From the sequence record SRR31156797_14865: 37,268 bases of DNA; one strand, 5' to 3'. Numbering within the stretch: position 1 is the first letter of the stretch; every line of letters starts with the position of its first letter. Made by a program: the position numbers and the translations under genes. The notes under the pieces were generated by a model, which saw only the letters and a program-made list of their open reading frames with translations, made no database searches and was not told where the DNA came from. Positions 27,901 through 37,267 of the stretch are shown here, piece after piece.

Positions 27901-28039
27901 CCTGATCAGCATTATACGTTATCGTAACTGAACCATCAGGTAATGGAAATTCAGGGTTTGTAGTAACTACTTGTGCATTAATTACTAAATGAGTAACTAT
28001 TAGAATCAATACTAGTGCAAGTTTATATAATTTATTCAT
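24986..28039 (-). CDS. T9SS-secreted GH13 alpha-amylase-family enzyme (N-terminal CBM-like and CBM48-like domains, catalytic domain, Ig-like domain, CTD)
   Basis: ATG 28039 gives a signal peptide; SWGYNP, DMVLNH, GYRFDFTKG, ILEHL, MESHDE; CTD IYPVPS...GVYLL...KRIVK. Confidence 0.92.
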   Translation of the reverse strand: MNKLYKLALVLILIVTHLVINAQVVTTNPEFPLPDGSVTITYNADQGNGALAGYSGDIYAHTGVITSESTSPSDWKYVKTDWGENTTETQLTKISGDTWQLTLSPSIIDYYGVPASETIEQLAFVFRNEDGTIVGRGEDGGDIFINVFNNPFDVTWNSPDTLAIYSVGDDIEINAVVLAATELSIDLNGSNVASVSSNNISHTFEATQTGVNEITLHVTGADTAFSNSISLYVRTETQTAALPSDDLIDGINYIDDNTVTLVLFAPYKDFVFVKGSFNNWNIGAENQMYRTPDSARYWLTIDNLEAGQEYAFQYIVDGEITIADPYADKILDPWNDQYIPESTYPNLMNYPVGKADGIVSVFQTAQEAYQWQVEDFERPFKKDLIIYELLVRDFVEERNYQTLIDTIDYLKRLGVNAIELMPVSEFEGNSSWGYNPSFYFAADKYYGTKNDLKEFIDVCHQNGMAVILDMVLNHSYGQSPLVQLYFDGSAGEYGQPTPENPWYNEVSPNQSYYWGFDFDHESSHTKEFVSRVVKYWLEEYKFDGYRFDFTKGFTNTPGDGWAYDQERINILKEIYDTINNTAPGAYVILEHLTDNSEEKVLANYGMLLWGNMNHSYLESSMGYIDNSNISGISYKSRGWNYPRLVGYMESHDEERMMYKNLQWGNGSGAYQITNLETALRRAELATLFFLTVPGPKMVWQFGEMGYDYSIDYDCRVCEKPVRWDYMDEPARKHLYKFYGELAKLRKSHPIFQTTNFNISGYGEVKEITFEYANTYAVLIGNFDVAAQEHTPDLSASTTWYSYFEGNQIVTNDTTFTLHPGQYKLLINEQIDAPAFPDYPEISTIDIWGDAKVNDTLHSVYTYFDLNGDIEGNSLYQWYRSDDSLGTNKTLIEGAIYAYYTPTSEDLEKYLSVAIWPVSETSVYNQGQPVESEIIGPVLTRTSGINIYPVPSNNVIRVDNADKYEKIELLNTSGQPIDQWSNNQYSLTINISGLETGVYLLKFEDGNTIKTKRIVKIP

Positions 28040-28073
28040 TGTGGTATGTTTTTGTTCAATATGGCTAGTTGAG

Positions 28074-28127
28074 AAAAAAGGCTCAACAATCCGGCGACAT
28101 TTGCAGATCGCCGAACTGTTTAAGCCT
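28074..28127 (-). terminator. Long G-U-containing hairpin with U-tract (terminator or attenuator)
   Basis: Minus strand AGGCTTAAACAGTTCGGCGA-loop-TCGCCGGATTGTTGAGCCT-TTTTT. Confidence 0.65.
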
Positions 28128-28173
28128 ACACGCCTCACTAAAAATACTTTATGAAAAAGTCAAGGAGCTTCTT

Positions 28174-30045
28174 TTATTTTTTAAACTCTATAATTCTTAT
28201 ACTTTTTGCCTTTATATTGAACGTATTTTTGTCATTTACATTATCTCCGGTAAGGATATCTTTTCCTGTGCCATAATTATCTAAAACTTCTGCAAATCTT
28301 TCTCCGTCCAGAGTTCTGTCTTCTTTAGGATGATTATTTAAAATAACCATAACAGCTTCATTTTCGGTATGTCTGAAATATACATAGGTATTATTATCGG
28401 GCACAAAATGTGTAAGATTGCCTTTGGAAATAGCCTCTGAAGTTTTGCGCCAATTGGCAACTTTTTTAATAAAATTAAATGCCTCATTCTCAACATCAGT
28501 TCTTCCTTCTTCTGTAAAAGCATTTCGTTCATCTTCTTCCCATCCTCCGGGGAAATCTTTCCGAATAAAACCGTGTCCGGTATGTTCCAGACCTGTCATG
28601 GCAATTTCGTCACCGTAATACAGCATTGGAATACCACGCATGGTCAATAATATACCTAATCCCATTTTGTACTTTTTCATGTCTTCACCTACAGAAGAAT
28701 AGAATCTATCGAGGTCATGATTATCAATGAAAATTACATTTTGGAATGCATCGTTATACAGAAAGTCTCTTGCTAATACATAATAAATTTGTGATAACCC
28801 TGACGTCCATCCATCTTCCTGATTTAAACCATCTTTGATGGCATAATACAATGGAAAATCGGTATTGGTAGGTATGTGAGAATTGTATCCTCTTGATACA
28901 GGACTGTTTTCCTGGAAATAGGCTGTTAATGCAACTTTTTGTAACCATGTTTCACCTAAAATTGTGAAATCAGGATATTCCGCACGAATACTTTGAGCAT
29001 ACTTTGCCACAAAGTCTCTTTCAGCGTATGGTTGTGTATCCATTCTTAAACCGTCAATTCCTGAGAATTCAATCCACCAAATCATATTCTGGATAAGGTA
29101 TTTTGCCAGGAATTTATTGTTTTGATTAAGATCAGGCATTGTCTCTACAAACCATCCACTTGAGAATTTATTTCTATCATATTTAGATGCATGTGGATCA
29201 GCAATAACAGATCCACGATAGTTTGTCTGGAATTTTTTATGACTGTTGATCCAGTCTTCCATGGGTAAATCTTTCATCCACCAATGGTTTATACCACAAT
29301 GGTTTACAACTACATCCATGATAACCTTCATCCCTTTCGAATGACTATCATCAACTAGTTTTTTGTAAAGTTCATTGTCACCAAAACGTGCATCGGTATT
29401 ATAAAAATCAGTAATTGCATAACCATGATATGAGTAATCATCCATGTTGTTTTCGAAAAATGGATTGAGCCATAAGGTTGTCATACCCAAATCTTTCAAA
29501 TAATCTAAATTATTGATGATTCCTTGTAAGTCGCCCCCATGTCGCCCGCTTGGATTTTTACGATCTGCCTTCTCAATCATATCCGGATGACTATCGTTCT
29601 CAGGATTACCATTAGCAAATCTGTCAGGCATTACAAGATAAATCAAGTCAGCAGCTGAGAATCCACGCTGTTTTTCCGTTTTTTCTTTAAGCTCATAATT
29701 ATACTCCGCTATTATTTTTTCGTTTTCTACAAACTGAAGTTTATAAGTGCCTGGTTTTACGCTTGAATTTACCAAAAGGTCAATAAAAAGGTAGTTGTTA
29801 TTCTCAACTTTATGCACCTTAATAATTTCTATTTCACTGTTTTGAAATATTGGTGTGGTTTGTCCAATATTTTCTCCATGCACCATTAATTGAAGGTTTT
29901 TATCTTTCATTCCTGTCCACCAGTTTGGTGGTTCAACACGGTTTATCTTGCCTTCCTGAATATTTATAGGGTATTCCTTTGGCTGACTACAGCCCGCCAT
30001 TATAAATGTAGTTGAGATTATCGACATAATAAGTAAATTCTTCAT
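28174..30045 (-). CDS. GH13 cyclomaltodextrinase/neopullulanase (SusA-like), lipoprotein
   Basis: Lipobox MAG-C; RVEPPNWW N-domain, YLVMPDRFANG, SYHGYA, GLRMDT, GETW, DNHD. Confidence 0.92.
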   Translation of the reverse strand: MKNLLIMSIISTTFIMAGCSQPKEYPINIQEGKINRVEPPNWWTGMKDKNLQLMVHGENIGQTTPIFQNSEIEIIKVHKVENNNYLFIDLLVNSSVKPGTYKLQFVENEKIIAEYNYELKEKTEKQRGFSAADLIYLVMPDRFANGNPENDSHPDMIEKADRKNPSGRHGGDLQGIINNLDYLKDLGMTTLWLNPFFENNMDDYSYHGYAITDFYNTDARFGDNELYKKLVDDSHSKGMKVIMDVVVNHCGINHWWMKDLPMEDWINSHKKFQTNYRGSVIADPHASKYDRNKFSSGWFVETMPDLNQNNKFLAKYLIQNMIWWIEFSGIDGLRMDTQPYAERDFVAKYAQSIRAEYPDFTILGETWLQKVALTAYFQENSPVSRGYNSHIPTNTDFPLYYAIKDGLNQEDGWTSGLSQIYYVLARDFLYNDAFQNVIFIDNHDLDRFYSSVGEDMKKYKMGLGILLTMRGIPMLYYGDEIAMTGLEHTGHGFIRKDFPGGWEEDERNAFTEEGRTDVENEAFNFIKKVANWRKTSEAISKGNLTHFVPDNNTYVYFRHTENEAVMVILNNHPKEDRTLDGERFAEVLDNYGTGKDILTGDNVNDKNTFNIKAKSIRIIEFKK

Positions 30046-30132
30046 TATAGGTATTTTTAGGTTGCGTTCTAATATAATTTCTAAGTAGTTTATTATTTAT
30101 TACATAATTCTTAAAATAAAAAGAACTTAAAA

Positions 30133-30254
30133 GTTTTTTAGAAAGAAGTCTTCAAAGACAAGGCATTCGTAGTTTTGAAATAGGATTCCCGATGCTCGGG
30201 ATGACTTTTTTCAAAACAAGAATAACGCCGTATTTGGAGTCTTCTTTCAAAAAC
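30133..30254. repeat. Long imperfect intergenic hairpin (about 120 nt)
   Basis: Paired blocks GAAAGAAG/CTTCTTTC, CTTCAAA/TTTGGAG, ATTC/GAAT, GTTTTGAAA/TTTCAAAAC, TCCCGA/TCGGGA. Confidence 0.7.
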
Positions 30255-30261
30255 TATATAC

Positions 30262-31617
30262 TTATAAACCCAAATAGTAGCCCCAAGGTTCTAATTTTAG
30301 TTTGTCTTCACTAGTAATTTTTTGTTTTGTGAAAACGTCCTCGAATATTTTGTCTGATTTTAAATCTTTGAATTTGACTTCTATTTCTTTATTTGAGAAG
30401 TTAAAAACAGCCAATACTTCGCTATCATCTTTTTTGCGTTTGAATGCAAAAATTTTCTTTGGCGCATTTGTTTGAATAGTATCAATTGTACCACCATATC
30501 TACCGTTCCAAAGCGCAGGAGTTTTATCTTTAACATCATTTAATTGCTTATAAAGTCCTGCCATTTCATGTTCTTTCCATTCAATGGTATCTTTTTCAAA
30601 GAATTTAAGCCTTTTGTCTAACCCGGCTTCCTGACCACTGTATATTAGTGGGAAAGTAGGAGCAGCGTATGTAAATACTGCAAAAGTTTTGTAACTATCA
30701 GGCATTCTTTCAAATACAGTTCCGTTCCATGAGTTTTCATCATGGTTAGAAGTGAATCCCATTCTATAAATACTATCAGCAAAACGGGTTGGTTCTTTTT
30801 TGAAATATTTTCTCAAATGGTTAGCATTTTGCTTTCCTTTGGAGATTTCATTCATAATATGATGTAATTCCCATGCGTAATTAGCGTCAAATGCTTTTTT
30901 GTGCAATTTTGGTTCTTCAGCTTCTGCTAACATGAATACAGGTTTTATTTCTTCCATTGCATCACGAGCACTTTCCCAAAAATCGTTAGGCACCATTCCG
31001 GCTACATCGCAACGGTAACCATCAATGTTAAATTCTTTTACCCAATATACCAATGCATCAGTCATAGCTGCTCTAAGGCCTTCTTCTTCGTAGTTAAGAT
31101 CAGCAACATCTGTCCAATCTTCAACAGGAGCAATTATTTTTCCGGTTGAGTCTTTTGTATACCATTCTGGATTTGATTCAATCCAGGAATGATCCCAAGC
31201 TGTGTGATTGGCTACCCAATCTAAAATTATCAACATGCCATTGTCATGAACTGTTTTGACCAGTTTTCTAAAATCTTCGTCAGTCCCAAATTCTGGATTT
31301 ACAGCTTTGTAATCTTTCACTGCATAGTAACTACCCATTGAACCTTTGCGATTTTTTTCTCCAATTGGATGAATGGGCATGATCCAAAGAATATCAACAC
31401 CAAGCTCTTTCAACCTTGGAATATGATTGATAAATGCTTCGATTGTACCTTCAGGTGTATATTGCCTGATGTTTACTTCATAAATAGTTGCACTTTTTGA
31501 AAGCTCAATTGGATCAGCTTTGGCAGCTTGTGCCTCAACTTCGTTTTTTTGAGCTTGTTTGCAACCACCAAAAATAAATGATAATGAAATCAGCGACATA
31601 ATTATAAAGTTCTTCAT
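30262..31617 (-). CDS. GH13 alpha-amylase-family lipoprotein
   Basis: Lipobox FGG-C; IYEVNIRQYT, DWVANHT, GYRCDVAG, LAEAE, SNHDENSWNG. Confidence 0.93.
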   Translation of the reverse strand: MKNFIIMSLISLSFIFGGCKQAQKNEVEAQAAKADPIELSKSATIYEVNIRQYTPEGTIEAFINHIPRLKELGVDILWIMPIHPIGEKNRKGSMGSYYAVKDYKAVNPEFGTDEDFRKLVKTVHDNGMLIILDWVANHTAWDHSWIESNPEWYTKDSTGKIIAPVEDWTDVADLNYEEEGLRAAMTDALVYWVKEFNIDGYRCDVAGMVPNDFWESARDAMEEIKPVFMLAEAEEPKLHKKAFDANYAWELHHIMNEISKGKQNANHLRKYFKKEPTRFADSIYRMGFTSNHDENSWNGTVFERMPDSYKTFAVFTYAAPTFPLIYSGQEAGLDKRLKFFEKDTIEWKEHEMAGLYKQLNDVKDKTPALWNGRYGGTIDTIQTNAPKKIFAFKRKKDDSEVLAVFNFSNKEIEVKFKDLKSDKIFEDVFTKQKITSEDKLKLEPWGYYLGL

Positions 31618-31636
31618 TGTGCGTAAATTTTGGGAA

Positions 31637-34021
31637 TTATTTAATGTTCGTTATTATTTCAAAGTTATGAGATGGTAAATTAATTGTTAGTATTCCATCT
31701 TTGTCCATAAGTTTATTACCAAATTTCGATGTAATATCTATATTTTTCATTGTCTTGTCTTTCTTGATACTAATGCTTGCATCAGCGTCACTTTTATTAA
31801 TGGCAACAATTACAAATTCATTTAAGTAAGTTCTTTTGTATACCAAAATATTTGGTGAAACCTGTAATATTTGAATATCACCAAAGATTAGCGGCATTGC
31901 TTTTCTTCTAAACTTTAATAGTTCAGTTGTTGTTTCCTTGACTAGTTTTTCACTATCATTCAACTTATCAAAACGCATCATTCGGCGATTGTCAGGGTCA
32001 TTTCCTCCCGGCATTCCAATTTCATCACCAAAATAAATAACAGGTAAACCCGGCAATGTGCTTATAATGGCATTTAACATTTTAAGTCGCTTGTATCCAA
32101 TTGGATCTTCTACCTTAATGTCTCGCAGCCAACCTGCTTTTTTGGCATTTTCGGTGAATTTAAGTGCTCCGGAAGCATATGAAATAAATCTTGCTCTGTC
32201 TTGATTACCTGTTATATTACCCATTAAGTGATGATTCCCGTAATATTTTTGACTTTTTTGAATTTCAGAAACAAGGTCTTCAAAACTATTGTCTCCGGCT
32301 AATGAACCAACAATGGCATCATAAATATTGAAATCAAATTGTGCATCTAACTGACCGCTATTAACATAGCTTCCAATTAATTGTGGCGATCCGTAAGTTT
32401 CTCCAATTTGATATAGTCTTCGATTCTCTGGAATAACGACCTCTTTTCTTAGTTTTTGAGTTAAAGTACGCCAGAATATCTCAGGTACATGTTTGGTGGC
32501 ATCATGACGGAAACCATCAAGGTTGTATTCTTTGATCCACCATACAGCTGAATCCGTGAGCATATTTGTTACTTCAGGATTTTCTAAATCAAGGGTTGGA
32601 AGAAATACATCAAACCAGGTGGTCAGTCTTTGTGAATCCCATTTTTCTGTGTTTAGGCTACCATCAGGCAGGTAGAGGTTGGTCTTCCAGTCTGGGTTTT
32701 CTTTAATAATTGGATGATCTTCATGTACATGATTAGCCACAAAATCAAGCAATACATTCATGTCATTGGCGTGAGCTGTTTCAACCAGTTTTTTGAGGTC
32801 TTCACGTGTTCCAAAATGAGGGTTAATTTGCGTAAATGAAATTGGCCAATAGCCATGGTAACCTGAAAAGCTGGTTTGGGGTTCAGGGAACATTCCAAAA
32901 GCTTTTTCAGGGTTTTTCACCACTGGTGAAATCCATAGCGTATTGATGCCCAGGTTGCTAAAATAACCATCGTTTATTTTTTTGATTACACCTTCTAAAT
33001 CACCGCCAAAGTAGTTGGCTTTGGGAAGAATGCGTTTATCATCTATTTTCCAGGTGTTGTCCGGATTGCCATCATAGAATCGGTCAATGAATACATTGTA
33101 TAATGTGGCAGCCTCAAAATCAGTTCTAGTGAGCTGACTAGCTGAAGTCACAACCATGCCATTATCAAGTGGAACAGTTAGGAAATTTGAGAATCCATCT
33201 TCATTAACTGCCTGCACTCTGATATAGCTTCTTTTCAGCTTAACCAGTTGCCCCGGTATTTTAATTTCTATACGATCATCATGTTGGGCAATATATTGAT
33301 TGGGTATCATTCTGTTCTGGCCAAACGCAATTATATTGTCTACATCATTTGTTGTATTAACTATAAGGATATTTTCGCTAGCGTTTTGAGCAAAAAGGTG
33401 AGGGGTCTCTAAATCTTTGTATTTGCCTATTTTCAAAACTGAATTAAAACCACCCATTCCATTGCTAATACTGTCGTGATTATGGTAATCGATCATCTCA
33501 ATTCCATCAGCAACTATCAGGTATTGATATTCTCCAGGCTCGAGCTTTAAGGTAGTTTTATAGCCATCATCTGTTTTATTAAGTGTTGTGCTCAAAGGAT
33601 TCCACGCATTAAATTCACCTTTAAGCTGTATAACTTTGTAGTCCTTTTGAGGTTTGTAAGTAAACTCGTAAATAATTTCTTCTGATTTTTTCAGTAAAAT
33701 ATCGTAACGATGACCAGTGGTGTAAATGTGAAGCGTACTTATTTTAGGAATTTCAGTGTTTTTTGGAGTTAATTTTAATTGAAGTGGTTCAATCAATTCA
33801 ATAGCAATATTTGCATCGGCTTTAACCGAGTCAATTTGAGGTTCTGTAGGGAAGTAATCAATTAAATTAACATTGGTTTCTACCGGATTGAGCTTAATAG
33901 GAGAAGCCAACCCTACTATTAATGGTTTGTCAGGCAGTTTGAATTTTTCTGCCTTTTTTTTGCAGCTACTAAATACTAATATTACTGCTAATCCTAAAAG
34001 AAGTATCCCTGTGCGTTTCAT
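31637..34021 (-). CDS. GH13 alpha-amylase-family lipoprotein with CBM48-like domain
   Basis: Lipobox FSS-C; LKGEFNAWNP...LEPGEYQY; GYHGYW, DFVANH, GFRHDATKH, GETY, GNQD. Confidence 0.92.
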   Translation of the reverse strand: MKRTGILLLGLAVILVFSSCKKKAEKFKLPDKPLIVGLASPIKLNPVETNVNLIDYFPTEPQIDSVKADANIAIELIEPLQLKLTPKNTEIPKISTLHIYTTGHRYDILLKKSEEIIYEFTYKPQKDYKVIQLKGEFNAWNPLSTTLNKTDDGYKTTLKLEPGEYQYLIVADGIEMIDYHNHDSISNGMGGFNSVLKIGKYKDLETPHLFAQNASENILIVNTTNDVDNIIAFGQNRMIPNQYIAQHDDRIEIKIPGQLVKLKRSYIRVQAVNEDGFSNFLTVPLDNGMVVTSASQLTRTDFEAATLYNVFIDRFYDGNPDNTWKIDDKRILPKANYFGGDLEGVIKKINDGYFSNLGINTLWISPVVKNPEKAFGMFPEPQTSFSGYHGYWPISFTQINPHFGTREDLKKLVETAHANDMNVLLDFVANHVHEDHPIIKENPDWKTNLYLPDGSLNTEKWDSQRLTTWFDVFLPTLDLENPEVTNMLTDSAVWWIKEYNLDGFRHDATKHVPEIFWRTLTQKLRKEVVIPENRRLYQIGETYGSPQLIGSYVNSGQLDAQFDFNIYDAIVGSLAGDNSFEDLVSEIQKSQKYYGNHHLMGNITGNQDRARFISYASGALKFTENAKKAGWLRDIKVEDPIGYKRLKMLNAIISTLPGLPVIYFGDEIGMPGGNDPDNRRMMRFDKLNDSEKLVKETTTELLKFRRKAMPLIFGDIQILQVSPNILVYKRTYLNEFVIVAINKSDADASISIKKDKTMKNIDITSKFGNKLMDKDGILTINLPSHNFEIITNIK

Positions 34022-34093
34022 TTTATATCCATTTAAAGGTTACATTGTCGCCGTTATTTTCATGTATTTTTTTCAGTACAGTATCAAAACCTA

Positions 34094-34165
34094 AAGAATT
34101 CAGAAGACAGAATACAGATTAAAATGAAATTTCTGTTTTCTGAATTCTGACTTCTGTTTTCTCTT
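34094..34165. repeat. Inverted heptamer arrays (CAGAANN / TTCTGNN) with no cargo
   Basis: aagaatt cagaaga cagaata cagatta, 9-nt spacer, ttctgtt ttctgaa ttctgac ttctgtt ttctctt. Confidence 0.75.
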
Positions 34166-34233
34166 ATTTCACAGTTCTTTTGCTGAACTGTTTTCTTAGG
34201 TTTCCAGGAAAAAATTAATCTTACTAATTTCCA

Positions 34234-36552
34234 TTAATGTTTCATACTCACCGAAATACTGTCATTGGCTGCTATGGCATGTAACTGGCCAAATAATAGT
34301 ACTTCGAGTGAGTTATTTCCTGTATTTTGAATTTTTACATTCTTTTTATCAATTGTAACATTTAATAAATGTCCTCTAAAGTTAATTTTGAAGGCGAATG
34401 AATCCCATTTTTCAGGCATAAAAGGTTCAAATGATAATTTATTCTCTTTGATGCGCATTCCACCAAATCCTTGAGTGATGCTCATCCAGCTACCACCCAT
34501 ACTGGTAATATGTAATCCTTCATCGCTATCATCGTTGTAATCATCCAAATCAAGTCTTGCGGCTGACAAATAAAACTCGTAAGAACGTTTTTCATCTCCT
34601 AGTTTTGCTGCCATAATAGAATGAATGCAAGCTGAAAGAGATGATTCATGCACAGTCATAGGTTCGTAGAAATCATAATTACGTTTTATTGTCTCTGTTT
34701 CAAATTCATCCTCAAGGAAATACAAGCCCTGGAGCACGTCTGCCTGTTTGATATAGCAGCTTCTTAATATCCTGTCCCATGACCAGTGCTTGTGTATTGG
34801 TTTCTGGTCTTGAGGAATTTCACTAACAGCGCGAAGATCTTTATCTAAGAACCCATCTTGTTGTAAGAAAATATCTCTTTTCTCATCCCTTGGGAAATAG
34901 AGGTTATTGCATATATGTTTCCAGTTTTTAATTTCACCAGCTTCATTAAATGAGCTTTTGGTTGCAATTCTATTCCACTCCTCAGGGATATTGTTTTTCA
35001 CATATTCAATTGACTCCATGGTATACTGCATGGTCCATTGTGCCATTTTAAGTGTATACCAGTTATTATTGACATTATTTTCGTATTCGTTTGGTCCTGT
35101 TACTCCAAGCATCACATATTTTTGCTTGTCTTCGGAGAAATTAACTCTTTGTGCCCAGAAACGTGAAATGGCGATTAGAACTTCCAATCCATATTCAGAT
35201 AAATGTTCGAAGTCTTCAGTATATCGGATGTAGTTGTATATTGCAAAAGCTATTGCACCGTTTCTATGTATTTCTTCAAATGTAATTTCCCATTCGTTAT
35301 GGCACTCTTCACCATTCATGGTAACCATTGGGTAGAGGGCGGCGCCATTATTAAATCCTAATTTCTTCGCATTTTCAATGGCTTTCTGCAAATGCTTAAA
35401 ACGATAGATAAGCAGGTTTTTTGCTACTTCAGGTTCTGAAGTGCTCAAATAGAAGGGCAGGAGATAGGCCTCAGTATCCCAATAGGTACTTCCACCATAT
35501 TTTTCACCTGTAAATCCTTTTGGCCCAATATTTAAGCGTTCATCTTTACCAGTGTAGGTTTGATTTAATTGGAATATATTATAACGAATTCCTTGCTGCG
35601 CTGCAGTATCTCCTTCAATTACAATATCACCATGATTCCATTTATTAGCCCATGCTTCTTTTTGCTCATCAAGCATTTCGCAGAATCCTTTACGCTTGGC
35701 ATAAGCTAATGCTTCTGAAGCAGCTTCTTTTAATTCACTGTTTTCATGGTAACGAGAAGTAACTATTGCTGCATATTTGTAAATGGTTGAAGTTTTACCT
35801 TCTTCCAGATGAATATGCGTGTGGTGAGCAATATATTTTTCTTTCTCGATATTATCAAATTGTGTCAGCGACTGAGGTTTTCCATCAACTTCAAGCGAAT
35901 AATGCATCGCATAGCAGGCTCTGAAATGTGTTTTCTTGGTTTCAACAATTAAGTAAGGAGCCCTTGCTGAAGCTGATTTCTCTATTTCATCCCAGAATTG
36001 CTCATCATAGTTAGCGTCTTCGTTCATGATGTCACCATCAATGGGCAGAAGTACTTCAACTTGTGACGAAAAATTAATAGGAGTAATACTATATTTTATG
36101 GCACCCAGCTCATCGTTAACGATACTGAGCATACGAATTGATTCTATTTTTACTTTTTTGCCGTCAGAAAATTCAGCTGTATATGTTTTGCTGAAATAAC
36201 CATCCTGCATATTAAGCTCTCTTACAAAATCTGTAAGTTTGAGCCGGTGTGGGTCGAGTTCCTCTCCGTTAATTTTTATGCGGATCCCGTTCCAGTCCGG
36301 CGCATTAAGCACTTTAGCAAAATACTCAGGATAGCCATTTTTCCACCATCCAACACGCGTTTTATCAGGATAGTAAACACCTCCAAGGTAGTTTCCTTGT
36401 AATGTTTCACCTGAAAAATACTCTTCAAAATTTCCTCTCTGACCGAATTTGCCATTTCCAAGGCTAAAAATACTTTCTGAAATTCGGTTATATTCCTTAT
36501 GGTAACCCTTTTCAATAATTTTCCAGGGATGATGTTTAATGTAATTTTTCAC
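34234..36552 (-). CDS. GH65 maltose phosphorylase
   Basis: Probable GTG start 36552 (MKNYIKHHPW); ESIFSLGNG, IGPKGFTGEKYGGSTYWDTE, GPNEYE, KQADV, HESSLS. Confidence 0.93.
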   Translation of the reverse strand: MKNYIKHHPWKIIEKGYHKEYNRISESIFSLGNGKFGQRGNFEEYFSGETLQGNYLGGVYYPDKTRVGWWKNGYPEYFAKVLNAPDWNGIRIKINGEELDPHRLKLTDFVRELNMQDGYFSKTYTAEFSDGKKVKIESIRMLSIVNDELGAIKYSITPINFSSQVEVLLPIDGDIMNEDANYDEQFWDEIEKSASARAPYLIVETKKTHFRACYAMHYSLEVDGKPQSLTQFDNIEKEKYIAHHTHIHLEEGKTSTIYKYAAIVTSRYHENSELKEAASEALAYAKRKGFCEMLDEQKEAWANKWNHGDIVIEGDTAAQQGIRYNIFQLNQTYTGKDERLNIGPKGFTGEKYGGSTYWDTEAYLLPFYLSTSEPEVAKNLLIYRFKHLQKAIENAKKLGFNNGAALYPMVTMNGEECHNEWEITFEEIHRNGAIAFAIYNYIRYTEDFEHLSEYGLEVLIAISRFWAQRVNFSEDKQKYVMLGVTGPNEYENNVNNNWYTLKMAQWTMQYTMESIEYVKNNIPEEWNRIATKSSFNEAGEIKNWKHICNNLYFPRDEKRDIFLQQDGFLDKDLRAVSEIPQDQKPIHKHWSWDRILRSCYIKQADVLQGLYFLEDEFETETIKRNYDFYEPMTVHESSLSACIHSIMAAKLGDEKRSYEFYLSAARLDLDDYNDDSDEGLHITSMGGSWMSITQGFGGMRIKENKLSFEPFMPEKWDSFAFKINFRGHLLNVTIDKKNVKIQNTGNNSLEVLLFGQLHAIAANDSISVSMKH

Positions 36553-36653
36553 TTTTACTTGTTTAAAAAAATTGCACACTTTTGGCTAACGGTGGTTGAT
36601 TTCGTCAACTACCGGGAACAATAATTAGTTAGAAAGTTTTAATAAAATAAGAG

Positions 36654-36682
36654 AAAAAGACTGCCCCGAAGGACAGCCTTTT
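36654..36682 (-). terminator. Intrinsic terminator with cUUCGg tetraloop
   Basis: Minus strand GGCTGTCC-TTCG-GGGCAGTC-TTTTT just after the SusE/F-like stop. Confidence 0.8.
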
Positions 36683-36694
36683 GAAATGTTATAA

Positions 36695-37267
36695 TTACTT
36701 AGTTACTGTATCAACAGTAAAAGTGTAAGTGTCAGTTGCAGCGTCGATTGCAAATGTAATATTTACAGTTTGATCTGAAAGTGCTACAAAGTTTCCATCT
36801 CCGTTACCTTCGAAATCAGCAGCAGCTGTACCAGCCATTGTAACTTGTGGGAATCCGAATGAATAACCATCCCAGTTGTCTCCTTCGCGGATTTTGAATG
36901 ATCCAGCTGAAAGTACTTCAATTCCATCCCAAGTCCATGTGTAAACATCACCATCAACAGCAGGAGTGTGCAATTCATAACCACCATCCCAGCTCCACTG
37001 GTTTCCTTCAGCATCATTGAATCCATCTCCAATAAGTCCTAATGAAACGTCAGAATAGTCAGTTAATGGAAGGTCACCTGTTCTTGTTAATGTAGCAGTT
37101 GTTCCATTTTCTAATGACCAACTCATAGTTACAGTATAATATCCAGATTCTGGATTGTTGATGTTGTCACCACCAGGTACAAGTGCATCAACACTTCCAC
37201 CAAAGTTAGTATTTACTTTAACGTGGTTGTCTGGATTAGAATCAGTTGTATCAATTTCAATTTTCCA
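36695..37267 (-). CDS. SusE/SusF-like starch-binding outer membrane protein, 3' part (5' end outside the window)
   Basis: The frame is open to the window edge (WKIEID...KVNTNFGGSVDALVPGGDNI...GYYTVTM); CBM-like LGLIGDGF...W, FKIREGDNW, GNF; starch PUL context. Confidence 0.8.
   Translation of the reverse strand, partial: WKIEIDTTDSNPDNHVKVNTNFGGSVDALVPGGDNINNPESGYYTVTMSWSLENGTTATLTRTGDLPLTDYSDVSLGLIGDGFNDAEGNQWSWDGGYELHTPAVDGDVYTWTWDGIEVLSAGSFKIREGDNWDGYSFGFPQVTMAGTAAADFEGNGDGNFVALSDQTVNITFAIDAATDTYTFTVDTVTK

Noticed and set aside
36584-36634. attC-like site (CTAAC...GTTAG around the hairpin at 36590-36614)
   Set aside because: R boxes do not fit RYYYAAC/GTTRRRY, it is single-copy, and no integrase is present; more likely a UTR hairpin.
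948-37032. Remaining 60-120-aa ORFs overlapping long genes
   Set aside because: Antisense or out-of-frame shadows of well-supported CDSs with no recognisable motifs.
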